From: Macrostomum lignano
Lineage: Eukaryota
Assembly (NCBI GenBank): GCA_002269645.1
Contig: NIVC01000059.1
Span: 496,001 to 560,000 of the forward strand
Reading direction: 5' to 3'
DNA length: 64,000 nt
Below, piece by piece: positions 26,116-37,400 of the stretch. A program made the position numbers and the translations under genes. The notes beneath the pieces were generated by a model. The model was given only the letters and a program-made list of their open reading frames with translations. It did not search any database and was not told the origin of the DNA. How positions within the stretch are numbered: the first letter of the stretch is position 1; every line of letters begins with the position of its first letter.

Positions 26116-29100
26116 ATGTCAAACAGCGGCGGTAGCAGATCAATGTTGCATCAGCAGCAGCAGAAGCCTCCCACCAGCGCTGGTGACTCGACCAGTTCAG
26201 TAGCCAATTCCAGCGCTCCCAGTTCATCGTCAAGGAAATTAGCAATAAAAAATCTGTCGTTAGTTGGCTCGTCTACTATTGATTATTCGAGCGAGTGGAG
26301 CAAGCTCAAGGAGGCTGTGGATGCTGTGTATCAGAGCACCAGTGTGCAGTACACTCTGGAAGATTTACTCAAAGCTGTTGAAACTGTTTGCAATCATTAC
26401 TTAGCCGATACACTTTATAAAGATTTGCAAATGGTTTTTGATCAGTTTGTCCAATCTAATTTGCATAAGTGAGTGCTTTTTTGTATGTTAATTGTTTCAG
26501 ATGGGTAAGGGGCCCGAATCCGAAGGAATATTCTGAGATTCTAATGTGTGAGAATATTCTGGGAGATTCTCAGGTGTGAGAGAATATTCTGAGACAGATT
26601 CTCAGGTGTGAGAATATTCTGGGAGATTCTCACGTATGAGAATATTCCAATAGATTCTCAGGTGTGAGACTATTTTAAGAAAGATTCTCAGGTGTGATAA
26701 TGTATATTCTGACTAAATATGATGCCGTTATTCCCTCGGCCTCTCCCCAGATTCCTAACGGACAGTCCGGACACAGTGAGCTACCTGCGCACTCTGGCCA
26801 GTTTCTGGGACAACTACTGTTGCCAGATCCTCATGATTCGCTGCATCTTTTTATTCCTTGATCGGCAGCACGTACTGTTCAATCCTGAGATGCGCTCCCT
26901 GTGGGATCTGGGCTTGAACACATTCAGCAGAAGAATACTGGACAATCGCGAGGTTCAACGCCGCTGCATTGGCGGCCTGTTGGAGCTTATCGAGCTGGAA
27001 CGAGGCGGCGATGCTGTCGATCGGCAGTTGCTGCGCACTCTGCTTCGAATGCTTTTCGATCTGGGCCAGTATCGCACCGTGTTCGAGCCCGAGTTCCTGG
27101 CTGCCACCGAGCGGCTGTACAGGTGAGACTCTTTCCTGTGCCCCAGTCCCTGAAGGTGGGAATCCCAGTCCATGAAGCTGGGAATCCCAGTCCCTGAAGC
27201 TGGGAATCCTAGTCCATGAAGGTTGGGGAATCCCAGTCCCTGAAGCTGGGAATCCCAGTCCATGAAGGTTGGGGAATCCCAGTCCCTGAAGCTGGGAATC
27301 CTAGTCCATGAAGGTTGGGGAATCCCAGTCCCTGAAGCTGGGAATCCCAGTCGCTGAAGGTGGGGGAATCTCAGTCCCTGAAGCTGGGAATCCTAGTCCA
27401 TGAAGGTGGGGGAATCCCAGTCCATGAAGGTGGGGGAATCCCAGTCCCTGAAACTGGGAATCCCAGTCACTGAAACTGAGAATCCCATTCCCTGAAGCTG
27501 AGAATCCCCAACCTGGGATCTAAGAAACTGCAACCTGAGAGTTACAAATTTGACCGAATCCCCCTCTGACGCACGCAGAATCGAAGGCCAGCAGCGCCTT
27601 GCGGCCCTGGAGGTGGCGGACTACCTGAGCCACGTTGAGACTCGGCTAGCAGAAGAGAACGACCGGCTGAGCCACTACCTGAACCAGTGCAGCCGGACTC
27701 AGTTATTCGCCGTGCTTCTCCAGCAGCTGATCACTGCCCACCTGCCAGTTATTATTGAACGGGGCCTTCGACCTCTGATTGTGCCGACTGTCCGGCGAGA
27801 TGATCTGAGCCGGTTGTACGGCCTTTTAGCCAGGTATGTACATTGAGATTCTGTTGATGTGTGTCCTTTGCTCCACAGATTTGATCCGTTAGTGTCCGAG
27901 ATTTCGGATCCGTTTGTGTCCGAGATTTCAGGTCCGTTTGTGTCCGAGATTTTAGATCCGTTTGTGGTCGAGATCTTAGATCCGTTTGTGTCCGAGATCT
28001 TATATCCATTTTTGTCCGAGGTTTTAGATCCGTTAGTGTCCGAGATTTCAGGTCCGTTAGTGTCCGAGATTTTAAAGCCGTTTATGTCCTAGATTTTAGA
28101 ATCGTTTGTATCCGAGACTTGTTTATTCATTAGTGTCAGAGGTTTCACGTTCCATAGTGTCCGAGATTTTGTTTGATTGCTGTCCGAAGTCACACACTTT
28201 TTATGTCCGAGGTTTTGATTAGTTAGTGTCCAGGATTAGATTCGCTAGTGTCCGAGATTTTTAGTTAGTTTCCTAGATTTTAGATTCGTTTTTGTCCAAG
28301 ATTTAAGATTGGTTAGCGTCCGAGGTTTTATTTATAATATAGTAAGTTTATATAGTGTCTAATACGCCTTTCTTCGGTGTCTAAGATGTCTTCTTTTTAG
28401 CTCCAGAATGTCCGAGATTATTTCTTGAACTGCTAAAGTGTAACTCATCCCCGCCCAGAATTGAGGGCGGACACTCGCAGCTGTGCGACGCGTTCAAGTC
28501 GCTCATCAAGCAGGAGGGCTGCTCAATCGTGCAAAACCCCAGCTGCGACCCGGAGAAGGACCGCGCCATGGTGCAGCATCTGCTGGACTTCAAGGACAAA
28601 GTGGACGAGATTCAGGCCAACTGCTTCGATTCCAATGAGAAATTCCAGCACGCCATCGTGCACTCGTTTGAGGCCGCGTGCAACTGCCGGCCCAACAAGC
28701 CCGCAGAGTACATCGCTAAGTACATCGACTCCAAGCTGAAGTCAGGGAATAAAGCCGCTTCGGATGAGGAATTGGAGCGGCTGCTGGACAAGATTATGGT
28801 GCTGTTCAGATTCGTGCAGGTAAGTCTAAGCCTCTTCTTGATCGCCAGCCTCCCAGATCCTCAGTTGCTGAGCCACCCTACCAGATCCTCAGTTGCTGGC
28901 TCACCAGCCTCCCAGATCCTCAGTTGCTGGGCCAGCCTCCCAGAGTGTCAGTTGCTGGGCCAGCCTCCCAAATCCTCAGTTGCTGGGCCAGCCTCTCAGA
29001 TCCTCAGTTGCTAGGCCAGCCTCCCAGATCCTCAGTTGCTGGGCCAGCCTCCCAGATCCTCAGTTACTGAGCCAGCCTCCCAGATAGATCCTTAGTTTCT

Positions 29101-31848
29101 GGGCCACCAGCCTCCCAGATCCTCAGTTGCTGGGCCAGCCTCTCAAATCCTCAGTTGCTGGGCCAGCCTCTCAAATCCTTAGTTGCTAGGCCAGCCTCCC
29201 AGATCCTCAGTTGCTGGGCACCAGCCTCCCAGATCCTCAGTTGCTGAGCCAGCCTCCCAGATCCTCAGTTACTGAGCCAGCCTCCCAGAGTGTCAGTTGC
29301 TGGGCCAGCCTCCCAGATCCTCAGTTGCTGGGCCAGCCTCCCAGAGTGTCAGTTGCTGGGCCAGCCTCCCAGATCCTCAGTTGCTGGGCCAGCCTCCCAG
29401 ATCCTCAGTTGCTGGGCCAGCCTCCCAGAGTGTCAGTTGCTGGGCCAGCCTCCCAGATCCTCAGTTGCTGGGCCAGCCTCCCATATCCTCAGTTGCTGGG
29501 CCAGCCTCTCAAATCCTCAGTTGCTGGGCCAGCCTCCCAGAGTGTCAGTTGCTGGGCCAGCCTTCCAGATCCTCAGTTGCTGGGCCAGCCTCCCAGATCC
29601 TCAGTTGCTGGGCCAGCCTCCCAGATCCTCAGTTGCTGGGCCAGCCTCCCAGAGTGTCAGTTGCTGGGCCAGCCTCCCAGATCCTCAGTTGCTGGGCCAG
29701 CCTCCCATATCCTCAGTTGCTGGGCCAGCCTCTCAAATCCTCAGTTGCTGGGCCAGCCTCCCAGAGTGTCAGTTGCTGGGCCAGCCTTCCAGATCCTCAG
29801 TTGCTGGGCCAGCCTCCCAGATCCTCAGTTGCTGGGCCAGCCTCCCAGATCCTCAGTTGCTGGGCCAGCCTCCCAGAGTGTCAGTTGCTGGGCCAGCCTC
29901 CCAGATCCTCAGTTGCTGGGCCAGCCTCTCAAATCCTCAGTTGCTGGGCCAGCCTCCCAGAGTGTCAGTTGCTGGGCCAGCCTTCCAGATCCTCAGTTGC
30001 TGGGCCAGCCTCCCAGATCCTCAGTTGCTGGGCCAGCCTCCCAGATCCTCAGTTGCTGGGCCAGCCTCCCAGATCCTCAGTTGCTGGGCCAGCCTCCCAG
30101 AGTGTCAGTTGCTGGGCCAGCCTCCCAGATCCTCAGTTGACAATAGCGTCTAATCAGCCACCGCATCCCGCCGGCAGGGCAAAGACGTATTCGAGGCTTT
30201 CTACAAGAAAGACCTGGCCAAACGCCTGCTAATTGGCCGGAGCGCCAGCTCGGACGCCGAGAAGTCGATGCTGTCCAAGCTGAAGCAGGAGTGCGGCGCC
30301 GGCTACACCAACAAGCTCGAGGGCATGTTCAAGGATATCGAGCTCAGCCACGACATCAATAGCGCGTTCCGACAGCATCTGGCTCAGCAGCCGCAGCCGC
30401 CCAGCATTGACATGTCAGTTAACGTGTTGACCATGGGCTTCTGGCCAACTTATCAGCCTGGCGAGGTCCGCCTGCCGCCGGAGATGATCAGCCTGCAGGA
30501 GCTGTTCAGACGGTTCTATCTGGGCAAGCACACAGGCAGGCGGCTGCTGTTCCAGCACAGTCTGGGTTGCTGCAATTTGAAGGCGCAGTTCTCTGGCGGC
30601 CAGCGCAAAGAGCTGCTGGTTAGTGGAATTTCGCTTGTGCTCTCTATAATAAGCCTTTATTTGCTCATAGTTGTCTTGAGCTTCTATCTAATTGGTCATA
30701 ATAGACCTATGATCCTCTACTTGGTCATGATAGGGCCTATGAGTCTCTATCTAATTAGTCATAGTACGGCTTATGAGCCTCTATCTAATTAGTCATAGTA
30801 CGGCTTATGAGCCTCTATCTAATTAGTCATAGTACGGCTTATGAGCCTCTATCTAATTAGTTATAGTACGGCTTATGAGCCTCTATCTAATTATTCATAG
30901 TAAGGCTTATGAACCTCTATCTAATTAGTCATAGTACGGCTTATGAGCCTCTATCTAATTAGTTATAGTACGGCTTATGAGCCTCTATCTAATTAGTCAT
31001 AGTACGGCTTATGAACCTCCATCTTATTGGTCATAGTAGGCTTATGAACCTCTATAAAACTTGTCATGGTAGGTTTATGAGCCTCTGTCTAATTGGTCAA
31101 AGAGGTTAATTTGATCACAGTAGGTTTATGAGCCCAAACTTACTTGGTCATAGTATGGCTTATGAGCCTATGGTGAGCCTCTGAATTTGGTCATTCTGAC
31201 TTGATAAGTTGATCTGTTTGTTTTATCTAGGTTTTTAAGCTTTTATTTGCTCATAGAGGTTGCTTCTAAAATTCACTTATGAGCTACATTTAGTTGTGTA
31301 TTTACGAGTCATGAGTCATATCTACTCACCATCCGCAGGTGTCCGAATTTCAAACCCTAGTTCTGCTGCTATTCAACGATTCGGACAGTCTCACCCTGAT
31401 CGAGATCGCCGACCGCACCGGCATAGAGGAGAGCGAGCTGAAGCGGACCCTGCTGAGCCTGTGCGTCCAAAAGCAGCGGGTGCTGATCAAGAATCCCTCT
31501 AGCAAAGATGTACTGCCAACTGACACGTTTCAATACAACGCCGAGTTCCGGCACAAACTCATCAAGGTGAAGTTCAACCAGCTCCAGTTGAAGGAGACAG
31601 ACAAAGAGCAAAAGCTCACGGAGGAGCGCGTGTTCGCCGACCGTCAGTTCCAAGTTGACGCAGCAATTGTTCGAATTATGAAAATGCGCAAAACTCTCGA
31701 GCACAATCCGCTGATTGCCGAACTACTCGAACAGCTCAAATTTCCTTGCAAAGCGTCCGACTTGAAGAAACGAATCGAGAGTCTTATTGATAGGGACTAT
31801 ATTCGCAGGGACAGCGACAAGCAGAACCTCTACCACTATGTGGCTTGA
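26116..31848 (+). CDS. CUL4: Cullin-4, 763 aa
   Basis: Exons 26116-26468, 26751-27122, 27579-27833, 28459-28819, 30178-30618, 31339-31848, all GT-AG and phase-consistent (2292 nt). CUL4 motifs [58 protein letters not shown], and the neddylation motif [26 protein letters not shown]. Confidence 0.97.
26530..26700. repeat. 28-bp minisatellite, CUL4 intron 1
   Basis: Unit GAGAATATTCTGGGAGATTCTCAGGTGT. Confidence 0.85.
27140..27515. repeat. 22-23-bp minisatellite, CUL4 intron 2
   Basis: Unit GGGAATCCCAGTCCCTGAAGCT. Confidence 0.92.
27880..28330. repeat. 24-bp degenerate minisatellite, CUL4 intron 3
   Basis: Unit GTCCGAGATTTTAGATCCGTTTGT. Confidence 0.88.
28843..30138. repeat. 28-bp minisatellite filling CUL4 intron 4
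   Basis: Unit GTTGCTGGGCCAGCCTCCCAGATCCTCA, about 46 copies. Confidence 0.97.
30680..31170. repeat. 34-bp minisatellite, CUL4 intron 5
   Basis: Unit CTCTATCTAATTAGTCATAGTACGGCTTATGAGC. Confidence 0.92.
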
Positions 31849-31909
31849 GCCCCCTTCTGCACCTGCGCCTGCGCCCTCTGCATCCACTCTATGTGCCAGC
31901 TTTCTTCAA

Positions 31910-32330
31910 CTGTATACCCTCTGCCAGTCCTTCAGACTATACCCTCTGTCAGTCCTTCAGACTATTACCCTCTGCCAGTCCTTCAGACTATACCCTCCGC
32001 CAGTTCTTCAGACTATACCCTCCGCCAGTCCTTCAGACTATACCCTCTGCCAGTCCTTCAGACTATACCCTCTGTCAGTCCTTCAGACTATACCCTCTGC
32101 CAGTCCTTCAGACTATACCCTCTGCCAGTCTCAGACTATACCCTCTGCCAGTCTCAGACTATACCCTCTGCCAGTCTCAGACTATACCCTCTGCCAGTCT
32201 CAGACTATACCATCCGCCAGTCTCAGATTATACCATCCGCCAGTCTCAGACTATACCATCCGCCAGTCTCAGACTATACCCTCCGCTAGTCTCAGACTAT
32301 ACCCTCCGCCAGTCTCAGACTACACCTTCC
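31910..32330. repeat. 23-25-bp minisatellite just 3' of the CUL4 stop (probable 3'UTR)
   Basis: Unit CAGACTATACCCTCTGCCAGTC(CT)T. Confidence 0.93.
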
Positions 32331-33214
32331 ACCAGTTGTGGAATATACTTTCCTCCAGTCTCGTGTGTCCCTTCACTCAAGTAATTTGTCAGCATACTCT
32401 CCTGCTCTGATAAAATGACAGCTTACTGTACTGTCTGTTAGCCATTGTACTACGATTTACAAACTGCATATCTGTAGTTAGTAAGTTAGGTGTGAAGTGA
32501 ACATGGTCCTTCTGTTTAGTAACAGGATAATAGGTTTAATTAGCACTCTGTAGTGTTTCATTTTATTAATCATATTTTCTTTATTTGTTCTTTTTTATTG
32601 TTGCCCTTTCGTTCTACTTTTACTACTTTATCTGCAGTATAAGTAGTTGAGTGCGCGCAGGCGCACATTTCAGAACAGAACCTTCAATCATTTTGTAAAC
32701 ATAAATATATACATTTTCCATGCCTGGTAAATTATAAATAGTTAAGAGAACAGTTGTTTGTTTCTTCTGTCAGGCAATTACAGGGTACAAGTAGTTTAAA
32801 CTCTTTTTAAATTCCCCCAAAGTGTTAATCACCGCCCTTAAGAAGAGTTATTTGTTATACTTTCGTATAAATCACTTCATTCTGTAGAGTTTATTCTGCT
32901 ACAAACATACATTTATGTACATCACGCATACGATTTTTGCTACAATATTTTGCCTGTTAGGGATTAGTTATAATTGGTTTGAATAAATCTGAAGAAATAA
33001 TAACTCTTTCCCTGCCCGCTCCCACCTACCTGATTCCCATGTTGATCTGCTTGTACAATTTCGCTAAAATTAATAAACATATGTCTGTTTTAATAATTTT
33101 TTTGCTGTTGGCCCCGTGCTCAGAGGTATTACTGACAAATACTGGGATTTTAAATATTTCATAAAATTATTTATACTGCACAAGTAATAAGTAGCTTATC
33201 TTTACGGCTAATCT

Positions 33215-33700
33215 CTTTGATCTTCTTAGGCGCCGCCGCAACAACTCTCTTTGATCTTTTACGATGTCGCCACTACTCTCTGATCTTTTACGATACCGCC
33301 AATACTTCCTTTGATCTTCTTAGGTGCCGCCGCTACTCTCTTCGGTCTTTTACGATTCCGCCACTACTCTCTTTGATCTTTACGATGCCGCCGTGACTCT
33401 CTTTGATCTTTTACAGTGCCGCCACTACTCTCTTCGGTCTTTTACGATGCCGCCACTACTCTTATCTTTTACGATGCCGCCACTACTCTGATCTTTTACG
33501 ATGCCGCCACTACTCTGATCTTTTACGATGCCGCCACTACTCTGATCTTTTACGATGCCGCCACTACTCTGATCTTTTACGATGCCGCCACTACTCTTAT
33601 CTTTTACGATGCCGCCACTACTCTTATCTTTTACGATGCCGCCACTACTCTGATCTTTTACGATGCCGCCACTACTCTCTTTGATCTTCTTAGGTGCCTC
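33215..33700. repeat. 27-bp minisatellite
   Basis: Unit GATCTTTTACGATGCCGCCACTACTCT. Confidence 0.93.
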
Positions 33701-34136
33701 CGCTACCCCAGAAAATTTCATAGATATTTTATTAGAGCTCTACCTTCGTCCAGTCACCTCTATTTGAAACGAAGAAAAGCGAGAAGTTTAGAAGTGCGCA
33801 ATGATTTATTTTTTTAAATACTTATTCTGAACATTGATATATTTAGTGACATTTGGCATCTTTGAAGAGATTTATAAGAAAATTAATAAGAAACGTCTTT
33901 TGAGATTTTTAATAAGTAAACCTGAAAATTGAGCAAAATTAGGCAGTGAAATATCAATTCTCAGTATCATACCGGGGAACCTTACACCTTATTTTTCTCC
34001 AATTAAAATAATCTAGACATTTAAAATTCTTGAACATATGGCTATGTACACTCTATGCTGGCTGTGGTAACAAACTTTAAACACAACAAGAAACCGTCCC
34101 TAAACTTTCTTGGTCCAGTCGGAATGGGCTTAGAGT

Positions 34137-34426
34137 TTAGCTGTCATTCTTTCGTATCGTAATCTCCGATAGCGTGCTGCTGAACAGACCCCGACGGTAC
34201 CGGTCCCAGGCCATCTGTCTGTAATAGTTGTTTTCGAACACGCCCTCCTCTGGATAGGGTCTGGCCAGCTCTTTCACGTGCTTTTTCAACAGCTCGTTGG
34301 CGTGCTGAACGAAGAAGGTCTTTTGGAAGAGGAGACACTCAGAACCGTTGCTGATCTGCCAAGGGAGATGATGATGTGATGGTCGTGGCCTTAACACTCC
34401 TGGCAAAGGCTGTCTATAATATCCAC

Positions 34427-34460
<34 letters not shown>

Positions 34461-37400
34461 AACTTAAGAATCGTCTTTAAACTACCCTGAGAATCGTACC
34501 TAAAATACCCTAAAAAATCGTCTCTAAAATACCCCGAGAATAGTCTCTAAACTACCCTGAGAATCGTCTCTAAACTACTCTGAAAATCTCTCTAAACAAC
34601 AATCAGAATCTCTCTAAACTACACTGAGAATCGTCTCCAAACTACATTGAGAATCGTCTCTAAACTACACTGAGAATCGTCTCTAAACTACCCCGAGAAT
34701 CGTCTCTAAACTACCCTGAAAATCTCTCTAAACAACAATCAGAATCTCTAAACTACCCTGAGAATCGTCTCTAAACAACAATCAGAATCTCTCTAAACTA
34801 CACTGAGAATCGTCTCCAAACTACATTGAGAATCGTCTCTAAACTACACTGAGAATCGTCTCTAAACTACCCCGAGAATCGTCTCTAAACTACACTGAGA
34901 ATCGTCTCTAAACTACCCTGAAAACCTCTCTAAACAACAATCAGAATCTCTCTAAACTACCCTGAGAATCGTCTCTAAACAACTCTGAAAATCTCTCTAA
35001 ACTACCCTGAGAATCGTCTCTAAACTACACTGAGAATCGTCTCCAAACTACATTGAGAATCGTCTCTAAACTACACTGAGAATCGTCTCTAAACTACACT
35101 GAGAATCGTCTCTAAACTACCCCGAGAATCGTCTCTAAACTACCCTGAAAATCTCTCTAAACAACAATCAGAATCTCTCTAAACTACACTGAGAATCGTC
35201 TCCAAACTACATTGAGAATCGTCTCTAAACTACACTGAGAATCGTCTCTAAACTACCCCGAGAATCGTCTCTAAACTACCCTGAAAATCTCTCTAAACAA
35301 CAATCAGAATCTCTAAACTACCCTGAGAATCGTCTCTAAACAACAATCAGAATCTCTCTAAACTACACTGAGAATCGTCTCCAAACTACATTGAGAATCG
35401 TCTCTAAACTACACTGAAAATCGTCTCTAAACTACCCCGAGAATCGTCTCTAAACTACACTGAGAATCGTCTCTAAACTACCCTGAAAACCTCTCTAAAC
35501 AACAATCAGAATCTCTCTAAACTACCCTGAGAATCGTGTCTAAACAACTCTGAAAATCTCTCTAAACTACCCTGAGAATCGTCTCTAAACTACACTGAGA
35601 ATCGTCTCCAAACTACATTGAGAATCGTCTCTAAATTACCCTGAGAATCTCTCTAAACTACCCTGAGAATCTCTCTAAACTACCCTGAGAATCGTCTCTA
35701 AACTACCCTGAGAATCGTCTCTAAACTACACTGAGAATCGTCTCCAAACTACTATGAGAATCGCAATACTTACCAAAGATACACTGGCGCTTTCCTCAAT
35801 TTCGAGATTTTTCTCTCCTTTAAAGACCACGTTGGACAGACCCTGAAGCAGGAAAAATCTTTAATATAGAGGCGATGCGATCGTACACTTGTACAAGTGT
35901 CACGTGACGCTTACGAATGCATGTAAAAAGTCACGTGTTTTCAAATAATTTTCACCCAACTCACAAACACGTCGCCCGGCTTTAGAGTGCTAATCTGCAC
36001 CGCCACAGACTTCTTGACCTGCTCCACCGGCTCCTGTTGCTTCTTTGCGATAGCGTCAAAATCTGGCGCTGTCTGCTGCCGGGTCACCTCAACCACTCGG
36101 CTGTTGTTGCCGAGAGCCGAGTTCAAAGCGAGCCGCTTCTTGCTGACGGACACATCAAACAGCTGCTGGTTGGGCGTCTGCGCTTGCTGCTTCTCGGAGC
36201 CGCTAGCGGCTGTTTTCCTTAATCCGGTATTTACCTTTGGCTCTGCGAGTTTGTTGGCGTGAATCGTCTTTTAACCAAATATCAATTAAGTTCATCTTGA
36301 CATGAAATGTACTGTAACTTTTCTTGACGTCTGGGGTTGGGTACGGGTGTACCAGGGGCGTCGCCATAGATTTTATGGTGGGGGGGAATTCTACATGTAC
36401 ATGAATCATTTTGGCGCCACAGGCACTCATTTTGGCGCCGCAGGCACTCATTTTAGCGCTGAAAGCACTCATTTTAGCGCCGCAGGCACTCATTTTGGCG
36501 CCGCAGGCACTCATTTTGGCACCACAGGCACTCATTTTAGCGCTGCAGGCACTTATTTTAGCGCCGAAAGCACCATTTTAGCGGCAGAGGAACTTATTTT
36601 GGTGCTGCAGGCGCTATGTTTTGTCGCCCTGAAGCAAAATTATTGATTTCCATAACGGGCCAACAAGGTGGGTTGGGGGGGGGGGAAGCATCGGCATTTC
36701 CCGACCATAGCTTTACTGGGGGGACATGTACCCCTGTTCCCCGGTGGCGACCCCTCTGGGGTGTACAGTAACCAGCACTTCAACACTCATTTCGAATAGT
36801 TTATGAAACTCGTTTAGTAAAACAAATTTTTATTATCTATACGGCTTCCTATGTAGAGAATTGGCAGTGAAAAAAGCTTTGTTGCTAAGATTTGCGTTCT
36901 AAGAATCTAAACTATAATTTTGGCAGAGCAGCTCCGCTGGAAAAGCGCCCGGCTCTCGGTCTAGCGACCCCCTGGTTCGATTCCTTGCGCGGCCACAATC
37001 ATATAATGTAGGGCTTGTGTACGAAATTTAGAAAGTCAGGGCCGCTGTGCACTTCTGTGTAAGCTTGTGATGAGTGCGTGTCGGCTTACAGTATTGGCGC
37101 GCTTGTGTGTGTTCAGAGGAGTCAGCGGAATGAGTTGTGGGACGATGTCGCCGAAGGCTCAGCGCAAGGATGCCCCCAGCCAAATTTTCAGAAATTTATA
37201 TAAAAAAATTGCCGGTTAAATCAGATCTCAAAAGCCCAAGCCAGCTCACCATTCCTGCCAATGTTGAGCTTAATCTGAAAGTCGCTCCTCTCCTTCACAA
37301 CCGTCGGCTCGTCGGTGTCATTGACCTCCAATCGTTTGAGCACTTTGCACGAACCCGATTTGACCACGACGATGTATTCGCTGGCTTTGCTGTCAGGCAC

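Noticed and set aside
19367-33817. Long repetitive ORFs at 19367-20501, 23005-23493, 28893-30232, 31787-32410 and 33403-33817
   Set aside because: Stop-free minisatellites in introns or intergenic DNA; no domain similarity. The same applies to those at 40405-41172, 46401-47036 and 50160-50778.
36205-36229. 25-nt GT-AG micro-intron that would also repair the CNBD frame
   Set aside because: Probably too short to splice; the 68-bp exon model explains the frame without it.
36922-36995. tRNA gene (B box GGTTCGATTCC)
   Set aside because: No convincing A box or cloverleaf; at best a decayed SINE head.
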